The notes under the pieces are model-generated. The model had not been told where the DNA came from, made no database searches, and saw only the letters and a program-made list of their open reading frames with translations. Shown one piece after another: positions 53,208 through 64,000 of a DNA stretch of 64,000 nt. Source of the stretch: Felis catus (taxonomy: Eukaryota). Position 1 is the first letter of the stretch; every line of letters starts with the position of its first letter. Both the position numbers and the translations under genes were made by a program. The stretch lies in NCBI RefSeq assembly GCF_018350175.1, contig NC_058368.1, positions 32,490,001 through 32,554,000 of the forward strand, written 5' to 3'.

Positions 53208-54952
53208 ATTGATAGTAGAATAATGAAATGAATTAGCCAAATATTTCATATGGGTAATATTATTATGTGCCCAAATCTATAAAATGTTGGCATATATTAT
53301 GGAATTAGCATGAGAATATTTTCATACATTAACATATATGAAAATAAATATATACAGTTATATTTAAAACAAAATATTTAACATCTGTAAGTATTTAATT
53401 AAGTAATACCTGTAAATTAAAAGTTGGATGTATTCGTTAATTAGGGTACATCCATGTAATATGTTGGCATGGCCCTTAGAAAACATTCCTTTGTCTACTT
53501 AGAATTCACCTTCTTTTGTGGAATTGTATTAATATATAAAAGGCCCAAAAATGCCTGAAATGTGAAGGGAAACATGGGTATTAATGATGCTATTATAAGG
53601 TACATAATGTATAATAATGTATTATACAGCATGTAATGATACTATTATAAGGTACACTATAAGAATCACTGAAATTTTCCGTTGATAGGTGAATTTTCTA
53701 ATTGAACCTGAGGCAATATTTTCTTGTAAGTGTTTCAGATAAAGTGATTTAGGATTTAATGAGAATTAGTATTCTCGTGTGCCCCTACAACCTATGCTTT
53801 TTCCACAAAACAGAAATTTCATGTTTTAATGCAAGGTTCTCTATTATCAAGAGTAATCAAGAACATGAAAAACAAGTACTCTGAGATCAAACTAGTTAAA
53901 GCCAGTATATTCTAGATAAAGATCTAGAAAAATGAATCTGAGAGAAAATAGAGTTCAGGGTAGTTTTTTATGTATGCTTATATATTATTCTCTTGGTAAA
54001 AGAAAAGGATGTTTGAAATATGGGACCAGACTCACATTGATTCTTTCATTGCTTCTGGTCTTATTCCAGTAACACAGTAATGTGCATATCAATATCCCTG
54101 CTGGGAAGCAGCATCATTAATTTTCTATTTTCTCATATCCTAGCTTTGCCTATTCCACATTATTTTCAGAAACATTATTTTTTATCATCGTCTATAGTTT
54201 TTAAATATTCTCAGGGAAATGTTTTAAAAATTTAAAACAATCTATAGGTTTCAGTACCATTAAAATAAAAATGCTGTTTTAAATGTATTAATAGATATTA
54301 TTTGGGGTTGTATATATTATCATCTCTGAAACTTCAAGGTAGCCTTAAGTGATATTGAATTGCCTATAAAACATGTTAAAACTTCTCTCTTCTGGAATCC
54401 AAGACATAGCCTTTGAATTGGGACGTTAAGAAAGAGTTGAACTGATACTGGATAAAGTGAGCTTTTCTCCCTACTCAACCTCTCTACTCCCATTATGGAA
54501 CCAAATAAAGAATATATGGCACTGAACTTGGTTAAATTGAATGGAACTTCTTGATTAGTATGGCCTTAGGCATCAATTTCAGAGGAATAATTCAAATTGT
54601 TAACAATAAGAAGAGTTAATTGACTATGATGTTAGGTAGCAAGATCACAAGCTAGATTCGTGGAGTCAGGTAACGATGTGGTGCATAGTGTAATTAGAAC
54701 TTAAGAGCATTTCAGTTTTAAGTTAGCACGAGTTCAGTAATAATTGAAGGCCTAATTTTACAGGGTTAGTGATATGGTTAATTTTAACCTTCATGACTTA
54801 AATGACAGATGCTTGTACCTGTACAAAATATTCAAATAATTTCCAGTGATTGGTGATACAGCATACACTTTTAAATTACTATCATGAACAAATAGTCTGT
54901 CTCATAGTCTTCCCCTCACTCACCTGGACCTTGTAAGGTCAACAAACACAGT
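53208..54952 (-). pseudogene. Five micro-exons (54924-54952, 54789-54818, 53510-53554, 53356-53409, 53208-53276): second half of START repeat 1
   Basis: 29, 30, 45, 54 and 69 nt, three of the four introns only 79-105 nt. Preferred frame: DCVC*PYKVQ|VQASVI*VMK|AFLGLLYINTIPQKK|VLLN*ILTDVKYFVLNIT|IWAHNNITHMKYLANSFHYSTIN (ILTDVK resembles IQTDLR). Other frames cannot be excluded. Confidence 0.55.
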
Positions 54953-57299
54953 CTGCATAAGAGTCTTATGTTAAACAACAATATGAACTAGGTTCCATGG
55001 TTCATCTAAATTATACTCTTATCTATATTTCTAGTAAACGCTCATTCCAGCTTCTGGTCTATAGGGCACATCACTTATTTTTTTAAAGCTTATTAGTCAC
55101 TCTCCTTACGAAACACTAAAAATAGTTGATTCTTCCTTGTTGTTTTGCTTAATGGAACAAATAATGTTAAAGCAGCAATTGATTCATAGCTACACTTCCT
55201 CAAGCAAATCTCAGTCAGGGCAAGAAACTGACAAATACAGGGAGAGAGGGATTGTAGCTAGTTGCTAACATAGAGGTTCTCAAATAGGCTTATGGAGACT
55301 ATAGTGTGGGGCCCTTTAAATCTTCCTGAGATGAGTGATAAGGCAGGGTGAGAAATTTACAGAGAAAGAAGGATTAATTCATGTTAAGACTCCATCGTAA
55401 GAAGTGATTTCTTAGTTAGACATAGAACAGCAAAAAGCATAGTCAAAGAAAAGAAGAATAACAAAGCATAGTATACCCTGGAAGCTATCTGCATATCAGT
55501 GAATTACTGATAATATATTATTAATATTTGTTTTAGAAATCTGTGAGAATGAAAATGAGATGTCAAGAAAGAGACAGTAAAGATAATTTATTCACAATCC
55601 ACTTGGAAAATTATGTCATGTCTGTATCATGCACTGGGCTTGGTATTAGAGATTATGTGAACAAATGAGATAGACATATCCCTGTCTTCACAGACCTTAC
55701 AATCAAAGGGGCAAGGACTGGGAATGGAGGTACAGAAAAGGTATTAAGAAAATAATCATAAAAACATGGTGTGAGGACATACAGCCTTGATAAAGAAATG
55801 TAAGGTAGGATTTTGCAGCAACTCAAAGGCCAGAAACATTTATCTGTTGAAATGAGGTCTCTTCTGAATTCTGTATCATAGGGTTGAGATTCTATTGTGT
55901 ATTTATTGTGCATGCAGAATTATTTACAGATTATGTTATACACATGAGAGATGGAGAACTAAATTAGAATTTTAGAAAATCATTTTTTAAAATGTTGACA
56001 AAAGAATGGAGGAAGATTAGAACCAATGCTGAAATACCATTTAAGAGGCAAATGCCACACAACAGACAAATTATACGAGCCAAATCCAAGGCAGTTGCAG
56101 TAATAACAAAGAGGAGTGTATTGATTTAAGAAACTGTTAAGAAGTAGAATTAATGTAACATATATATCAAGCATAAATTTTATTTTTGATGTCTTTTACT
56201 CCCTTTAAAATGAAAATAGTCAATACTATCCAGGGTAAAAGGAAATGGCCACTCCTGAAGATTGTATACATTGTTATATCTCTTTTGGGAAATATGTTGG
56301 TAATATGTGTGAAGAGTCTTCAAATTACTCATGATCATTGACAGTTATTTTTACTTCTAGGAATCAATCATATGGAAATAACTGTAAATAAAAGTGTCTT
56401 ACACAAGGAGTTCAATAAAGCATTATTTATAATAGTAAAATAAATGGAAATTGCCTAAATCTTCAATTCAGTAATTATTTTTTAGTGTACAGTTTTTAAA
56501 AAGTAGATGTTGAATAGTATAAAGCAAAAACAAGATTACATGGCCTATAATATCGAACCTACTGAAAAATGTGCATAAGGTAGAAGAGATTGATCAAAGT
56601 TGTAAATTTTAACACTAGGTCATAAGATCATTTCGTATTTTTTCTTTTAAATTTATTTTTAAAATATTTTAATAGAGACTTCTATTATACTCACAGTCAA
56701 AGAAAAGTTAAATTTACTTCACTATTCTTAAGATGTGGTAACCCACTGCATGTAGTGGTAAGAAATAAAATTAATAATGCAAATTTAAAAGATTTCTAGC
56801 TTTCTGGCTTGACATGGATACTATATTTTGAAGGAAAAAATGTGTGTAAATTTGAACTTGTTGAATCAAGCAGATTTAGAAAATTTCAAGGGAGACCAAT
56901 AAACACTAAAATGTGGCTAGCTAAGTACATATTTGAGGAACATGGACCTATGTATACATATTAGTCAGGGCCATGCCCTAAGATAATAAGCTAATACCAT
57001 TAAAATAGTATGTGCAAAGTAAGAATGCCAGAGATGGACTTACGGATGGTACACACATCAACATGCAACTAAAAAAAAAAGAAAAAAAAAGATTCGATCA
57101 TAGATATAAGAAGACAATTAATGTACTTATTTATTCCGATAACAAACAACCCATCGGTTTTCAATTTAACATATGTTTTAATCTAATTGTAAGTCAAGGA
57201 CTAGTCTACACCCAATCCTACAAGAATTCAGCTTCAAGGAGACAACTGAGGAGTTTTGCAATTAGGTAATAGGTGAAGGCTGTTCAAAATCACCAAAGG

Positions 57300-59935
57300 A
57301 CAAGTTGGCAGCATAGTTAGGGAACCCTGTGCTAGTCTCATCTTTCCAACACAGCTAGATCAACATCAAACCATTTTGAACACGTAGGAAATCAATCTGA
57401 GAATTATGAGAACAGTCTGCATAATTTGAGGGAGAGAATGCAGCAGGTACATGGTGTAGAGAGGCAAACTGGGGAAGAAAATAGCCACAGTACCACAGAG
57501 GGCAGGCAGCCATTTTCATGTAGAAGAGAAGACAGAAGGAGGGGTAGAGCAGTGCATCAGGTTTGCATAAGAAAGCACTCTCCTAGAAGGCAGCTAGAAA
57601 GAAAGAAAACATGCACAGAGTACTGTACCAAAAAAAAACAAAAAACAAAAAACAAAAAAAAAACTGCTCCCCAAAACCATGGATGGGGGAAAAAGTAGAG
57701 GATTGCAATACCGCCAGTTTTTTTTTTTTTTTTATTAACAGAGGAACACAGAGTCTGAAGTCAGAGGTCAGCACCTGGAACTGCTCCAGGGAGGAAGCGG
57801 GGCAGAGCCTGGGAGCGAGCAGCATGGTCTAAAGATCCCTTGGGTGGCACGGGGAGTAGCAGTTTCCCTGCTTGGAGTGTATTTGGTGGAGGTGATACTA
57901 CCTCTCCATGGACAAAAGACACAATGGGAGCCATCAAGTCACCACGTTCACCCATATAGGAACAAAGTCACCAGCTGAGGGCAGCAAATCCTGGTGCCAG
58001 CTTTATGTTGTGATTTATCACAAACTCTGAAGCCTCTGTGTGGTCATGTGACCATTTCCTGGGACAAGTCAGTACCAGGCAAAGTGTGGGGAAACATTCC
58101 CTAAGAGGATCATTGTGGGTCTGAGCCCTAGGGGTCTCTGAAGTGTGGTTCTGAAACACAGCCACACCTGAGATAAAACTCTGGAGGGAGGCACCACCTG
58201 GTAGGTAGATAGCTTGGACACAGACATGGGGAAGGCAGGGAACTGACAGAAGTAGGGGACATGGAAGGGGTGACTGATCACTTGTCTCTGAGGGCATGAA
58301 CTTTTGCTCTGGAGACTAGAGAATGGGGTGAAACCATTTTCACCATTAGCCCACCAACACTTTTCAACTCCAATGAGCTAAACAGCACCACCAACTGGAG
58401 AACAGAGCAGTTACATCAAGCCCTTCTATGTGCCCTCAGACCCATCCCCAGTAGAGCAAGTAGGCCTGATAATCAGAGCAGCAGCAGGCCCCTCACCCAG
58501 AAGACCAGCAAAAATCTCTTCCATGAGCTTAGTCTACTGACCTTAGAATGCTGCAAAGTTTCAGCTCTAAGGGAAACTGGATCTAGCTTCATTTGGGTTT
58601 TTTTAGTTTGTTTGTTTATTTGTTCATTATTTGTTGCTGCTGTGACTTCTGTTTTGTTTTTGTTGTTTTTCTTTTCTTTTGTTTCTTGGATACAGAAAGA
58701 AAAAAATATTTTTTATTTTATTTTATTATTTTTTTCTCTCTTCTTTTCTCTTTTCTCTTTTTTCTATCAAGTTTCTCTTAACAAGCAGACCAAAACACAC
58801 CTAGGATCTACTTCCTTTATTTGATTTTTTTTAATTTTCAAATTTTTATTTCATTCTGTTATTATTATTGGTTTTTCTTCCTCTAAAATACAAGATGGAA
58901 GAATTCACCTCAAAAGAAAGAATAGGAAGAAATGAGAGCCAGGGATTTAATCAATGTAGATATATGTAAGATGTCTGAACTAGAATTTAAACAGCCATTA
59001 TAACGATAACTAGTTGGGCTTGAAAAATCATAGAAGACACCAGAGAATCCCTTTCTGTAAAAATAAAAGACTAAGATCAAGCCAGGTGGAAATTAAACAT
59101 GCTATAACCCAGATGCAAACCCAAATGGAGGCCATAAAAAGGAAGGTAGATGAGGCAGAGGATCAAATTAGTGATACAGAAGATAAAACTATGCAAAATA
59201 CTGAAGCTAAAAAGAAGAGGGAAACAAAGGTCAGGGATCACCACGGCAGACTTAGGGAACTCACCAATTTATTAAAATGTAAACATTTGTAACATAGGAG
59301 TAACAGAAGATGAAAAGAGAAAAAAAGGGGGCAGAAGTATTATGTGAGCAAATTATAACTGAAAACTTCCCGAATCTGGGAAAGGACAAAGACATCAAAT
59401 CCAAGAAGCACAGAGAACTACCACTGCATTCAACAAAAAATGACCATCACCAAGGTATCAGAGTCAAATTCACAAAATGCAGACAAGGAAATAATCCTGA
59501 AAGCATCAAGGGAAAAGCAGTCCTTAACCTACAAGAGAAGACACATCAGGTTCACAATAGCTCTGTCCCCAGATACTTGGCCTCCAGAAAGGAGTGGTCT
59601 ATTCAACATGCTGAATGTGAAAAATACACAGCCAAGAATACTCTATACAACATGACTGTCGTTCACAATAGAAGAGATAAAAAGTGCTCCAGACAAACAG
59701 AAACTAAAAGAGAATATGACCACTAAACCAGCCCTACAAGAAGTTTTAGGGAAAGACTCTTTGAGAGAAAAACAAAAACAAAAATAGAAAGGACCAGAGA
59801 GCAGAGAACATCATCAGAAACACCAATTCTACAGGTAACACAATGGCACTAAATTCATCTTTCAATAATCACTCTGAATGTAAATGGACTAAATGCCCCA
59901 ATCAAAAGACATATAAAAATAGATTAAAAAACAAG
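57300..59935 (+). mobile_element. Carnivore L1: 5' UTR, disrupted ORF1 (~58890-59780) and the first codons of ORF2; 3' part missing
   Basis: ORF1-like peptides (IKHAITQMQTQMEAIK..; LCEQIITENFPNLGK; DKEIILKASREK; TQPRILY) and the ORF2 start MALNS at 59843. Confidence 0.9.
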
Positions 59936-60259
59936 ACCTCCTCCTTTGTTGATCTCAGTGCTGGTTACAATGGTCCATTAATTTTGGGAAAATCTGTTTA
60001 CGATTTATGCACATTTATGTATAATGTAACATCATGAAGTTCAGTAAAACACCTAAAATTATTTTCAAACACATAGATTAATCCTCTCAGCAATTTGTGA
60101 TGAATACATTTTTAAAGCTCTAGAAATTTTTCATGGAAAACTTGAAAAAATATGTAATTTAAACAACACTAAAATATTCAACAACAATTGCTGAAAAGCA
60201 AACAGGTATTTATAAAACATATATATAGAAGAATCCATAGTGATCACATTACTGTGTAC

Positions 60260-60545
60260 CTTCAAAATATTGTGGCTTTTGAAAAAGTTTTACTTTGAAA
60301 CGTACTCTGATTTCTGTTAAGCATGAAATTCTTGCACAGTTCAGCAATTTATAATCTTTGGTTGAAGTTGATGCAAACTCTTTACCTATTATCTCGTAAT
60401 TGCAAATGTAATCCCATTTCACCCTATGCTGTATTCAGTCTATCAACTCAAAGTTCTATCAGGGAAATTACAATAAGTACATGCATTCACAGTTTTTAAC
60501 AAAAGCAAATTATATCCTTTAAACAAATTCATGACACACATTTAT

Positions 60546-60603
<58 letters not shown>

Positions 60604-61615
60604 TACATACCAGGTTCCACAAAATGGGAGATATCCATTGACACATGTATCTATCATATAAGCATAAATGTTAGTTTGGTAATTTTATTCTGTTTTCTAC
60701 ACAAATGCATTGGTGTCACATAAACACCCTACATAAACATTTTAGCATTTTAATCTAAATTTCTCCTGCTTTACTATCCGCTAATAAAATCAAATTAGAG
60801 AAACAAGATCTTTAATATTTTCCAAACATATTCTGAAGTAAAAAAGCAACCTTTGAAGACACAGAGCTTACAGTTGACTCAAGGAGAGAATAAAATGTAT
60901 TTTGATACTGGTCTATCTTTTCATAAGGTTTCTTTAAAATCTCAAGGGTGAAGAGACAAAATTTATTTTTCATTTTTAAATACTTTTATATCTGAACCGA
61001 ATTCTAGTATATCCAAGATGCCTACCAAACAGTTTTAAATCAACAGAAGTCAGTATGTTAAGATCATAACTGTCTTTCTTTTTTGTGTTTGTTACAAAGT
61101 GTTTTTGTCATAGGAAATTTCCCTGTTTTCAGCTAAGGATTGTTTTCAAGGAGAATGAGTTTTTCTCAGTTTATTTCTACCCTAGAGAAGTTCCCTATGC
61201 ATATGTATAGAAAATAATTGAGAATTCTTGCTGTTTCTTCCCAGGGATTCTTTTAAGTAAATTTCTAATATCCCATAAAGGAAATAAGTAGAAAAGGTAC
61301 AATTTATCTTTTGTGTTACTTAGGAATCAGATTGGTTTCTACTTAACAGGGAGAAATGAAGGCAACATATTAACCAATTGAATGATTCAAGTTTTTCTTG
61401 CAGATATGACCTTGTTGATATCATTTTCATCTTTGGATCATCTATATAGTTGTCATTTGATTCCATGCCTCCTTTTTAATAGCAAAGCTATGTGGTTTAT
61501 AGTGATTCATTAAAAAAAAAGATGTTTCTAGAAAACATATTGCCACTTTATGAATTAGATAGCAACAGAAAAGACACACAAATAAAATATGTAAAACTTT
61601 ACCTTTAATCTTTTA
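60260..61615 (-). pseudogene. Exon cluster (61603-61615, 61411-61487, 61320-61341, 60851-60877, 60733-60780, 60386-60455, 60260-60313): first half of START repeat 1
   Basis: Mostly good acceptors and short introns. The best-supported part is RIVKQEKFRLKC*NVY|NFELID*IQHRVKWDYICNYEII|EIRVRFKVKLFQKPQYFE, with the START R-x-K-W-D signature. The frame of the four 5'-most segments is ambiguous. Confidence 0.55.
60549..60603. repeat. (TA)n(CA)n compound microsatellite
   Basis: Read directly. Confidence 0.96.
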
Positions 61616-63079
61616 CTATGGTACAATAAAAATCATAAGCATGTGAAATGCATCCAGTTTTTGAATTAAGCATACAGATGTTTAATTCTATCACTTACAC
61701 TCCAATGAAAAAAATACTATCGTGAGTTTGTGTTGAGTACATTTAGGCATATTTCATGACATTAATCTCCCACACAAACTATATCTCTCATTTAAAATTT
61801 CTGTGCCATAAATTACATTCTTTCACATCTCTCCAGAATTTAAAAACCTATTAGTCTTTCATGGTCAACATCCACAAACATTCTTCTATTAACAATAACT
61901 GAAAGAAGTATCTCCCTCCCCTCAGATACCATAATATTTTATCAGTGTTTCTACCAGATTATTTAATATAGAATCATTTCTTGAAATAACATTTTAAAGC
62001 ATACTTACTCTTATTTTTAGAAGGTAATATCTAAAGACTAGATCTGAATCTACAACTAAGTATATGATTCTTAAAATATTTTCACATTTGTATTAGGTAT
62101 ATATTGTTGCTGTTAATTTTTTGAATTCAACACGGAATATTTTTTCGTCAGTAACTAATACACACTATACTCTGGAGAAGTCACCTACTTGTTTCCACAG
62201 AATAATTGGATTAAAAATGATAACTGTATGTTATTAAAATCATGTGTTTTGTATTTTAAAGATTAGATTTCATATTTGATTTTAGCTCACCCCCTCATCC
62301 CACACAAGATGGAGTTAAATCTTCAGTGATTTGGAATTCAAGTGGGACAGGCTCTTTATCACTCCCTATGCCTTTTTTTCTTTCATACCTTCCTCCTGTT
62401 GCCTCCAACTTGACTCCAGTGAGGAAGACACAATACCCTTGGCCAGCAGAGAGGGTAGCAGCTATTTGTGATCTGGCAGTGAGATTTGGTGATGCTGTTA
62501 AAGGCACAATCACGTGCTTTCAGTGACAAAAGAAGAACCCCCAAGTCCCCTTGGTTAGAGTGGTATTAATATCCTTGGCTAATTTGGCAAGCTTGTCATC
62601 AGTGATGTTTTCTTATAGTCATATTTGTCAAAACCAACCCAACTCTTCCTTGAGACGCAATCATGTGGACTTTCTTGCCTCTACCAGCAATTTAAAATAC
62701 CCAAAACTTCTCAGGTTTCAGGATCTCATAGATGTATTGAGCATGATTCAGTTTTTTGTTTTGTTTCTGTTTTGTTTGTTTGTTTGTTTTTTAATACAGC
62801 TGTTGCAGACTGATGGGAATTTTATAACAAGAGTCAGGATGCAAGTCTCTTTGATGTGGGCTTTTGACAATTGAGTCACTTTGGACTCATCTGTGGGCTC
62901 TATAATATCCTATTGCTTACAGATGCAGGGAAAATGCCCTATCATTACTTTATAAATACATGTTACACATTGATGTCAAATGTTTTGATACATATTATAT
63001 GTTTATGTCACATACCTTGATACATGTTACACGAATGAATAAAAGGTGATAATCTATTAAATATTTATCACCACCCTGG

Positions 63080-64000
63080 GTCATATCCCAATTTTGTGGG
63101 ACTAAAAAATTATATATAATAGTCTACAAAATTATGAATGTCACATATGAAAGTGAATATTTGAAATGATAAATTACAATGAACTATAAATTATAAAACT
63201 ATTATGTATACCACAAACATTTAATCTAGAAGAAAACAAAGGATATTGATTAACTTTCCAAAATAACTACATTTTATTTACATTTTGGTTACCTATTTTT
63301 TTTAAAAAAATTCTCTTCAGATGACAATAAACTTTTAAAATAATATTCTAAAGAGAGAACAGAAAGAAAATTCAACCTTTTCTTTAGCATTGTTGGCTAA
63401 TTTTGCTCGTCAGCATTGATGGCTTAAAGAAATATACCTCCACTTTGCAACTTTGTTTTTAAATTTTCTTAATGTTTATTTTTGAGAGACAGAGAGAGAG
63501 AGGGAGAGAGAGAGAGAGAGATTGAGAGCAGGGGAGGGGCAGAGAGAGATTGACAAAGAATCTGAAGCAGGCTTCAGTCTCTGAGCTGTCAGCACAGAGC
63601 CTGATGCAGGGCTCAAACTCACAGACTGTGAGATCATGACCTGAGCTGAAGTCTGATGCTCAACTGACTGAGCCACCCAGGCACTCCTACACTGCAACTT
63701 TTTATTGGTAATGTGGTGTACATTTTCAGACTTGTCAAGAAGGAAAACTTTAAGTGCTTGTAATATATGGGCTGTAAAAGTTCAAGGTATTTTAACTATT
63801 CTTGTGTAGTGACAACTCTGAAATAATTTTTAATTCCTGACGCTCACTATTTTGCTGTCAGCATCTACTTCAAATTGGTTTATTATGAATTTTACATCAT
63901 GACAACATAAACTGTATTTCGATAAAAATTGTACAAGTTCATTTTATCTACCAAAGTTAATTCCTCAAAATGAAGCTATTATTGGCACACTTTTATGTGC
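63080..64000. mobile_element. Possible ancient hAT (Zaphod/Tip100-like) fragment interrupted by a Can-SINE
   Basis: Resembles a remembered consensus (cattttcagacttgtcaagaagg; agagagaacagaaagaaaattcaacc). Family uncertain. Confidence 0.4.
63462..63686 (-). mobile_element. Can-SINE
   Basis: Reverse SINE ending caactgactgagccacccaggcac. Confidence 0.94.

Larger units (their letters stand above)
556..61615 (-). pseudogene. Decayed multi-exon (unprocessed) gene encoding about 4 tandem START lipid-transfer domains; the 5' end is uncertain and may lie further right
   Basis: About 35 short minus-strand segments, mostly bounded by pyrimidine-rich AG acceptors and GT donors (some weak), in clusters with ~60-300 nt introns. 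Spliced translations give START-like motifs in the expected order four times (e.g. HRVKWDY; NSPGGRFLTNSREDNLN..CIITETRNMLS; IFALISYNVSKWHEWH; PWSKCFT..CKFLW/VINLTCGIP). Many in-frame stops and at least 3 inferred frameshifts. Confidence 0.75.

Noticed and set aside
59014..60037. ORFs of 64-138 aa
   Set aside because: Frameshifted L1 ORF1/ORF2 remnants, not a host gene.
5951..63697. Many 60-80 aa ORFs of the type MAQSVKRPTSAQVMIS...
   Set aside because: They are translations of Can-SINEs, not genes.
1..64000. CRISPR arrays, rRNA, true tRNA genes, CpG-island promoter
   Set aside because: None seen; tRNA-like boxes belong to SINE heads and the GC-richer patches are L1 5' UTRs or LTRs.

Overview
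AT-rich mammalian genomic DNA from a carnivoran, most likely a felid: it holds about 20 tRNA-derived Can-SINEs of the feline (SINEC_Fc-like) type, plus L1, MaLR/ERV LTRs, DNA-transposon fossils and microsatellites. No intact protein-coding gene is visible, and almost all listed ORFs are repeat-derived or spurious. By hand I assembled about 35 small minus-strand exon-like segments with GT-AG boundaries between 556 and ~61615. Spliced, they give a stop-interrupted reading frame that appears to encode about four tandem START (StAR-related lipid-transfer) domains. Repeats 2 and 3 resemble STARD4/5/6 and repeat 4 resembles StAR/STARD3. The established mammalian START proteins (STARD1-15) each have one START domain, so this looks like a decayed, unprocessed pseudogene of a multi-START gene I cannot name. 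Exon boundaries and frames are manual and tentative, and the reference motifs are recalled from memory, so profile searches are needed to confirm the call.
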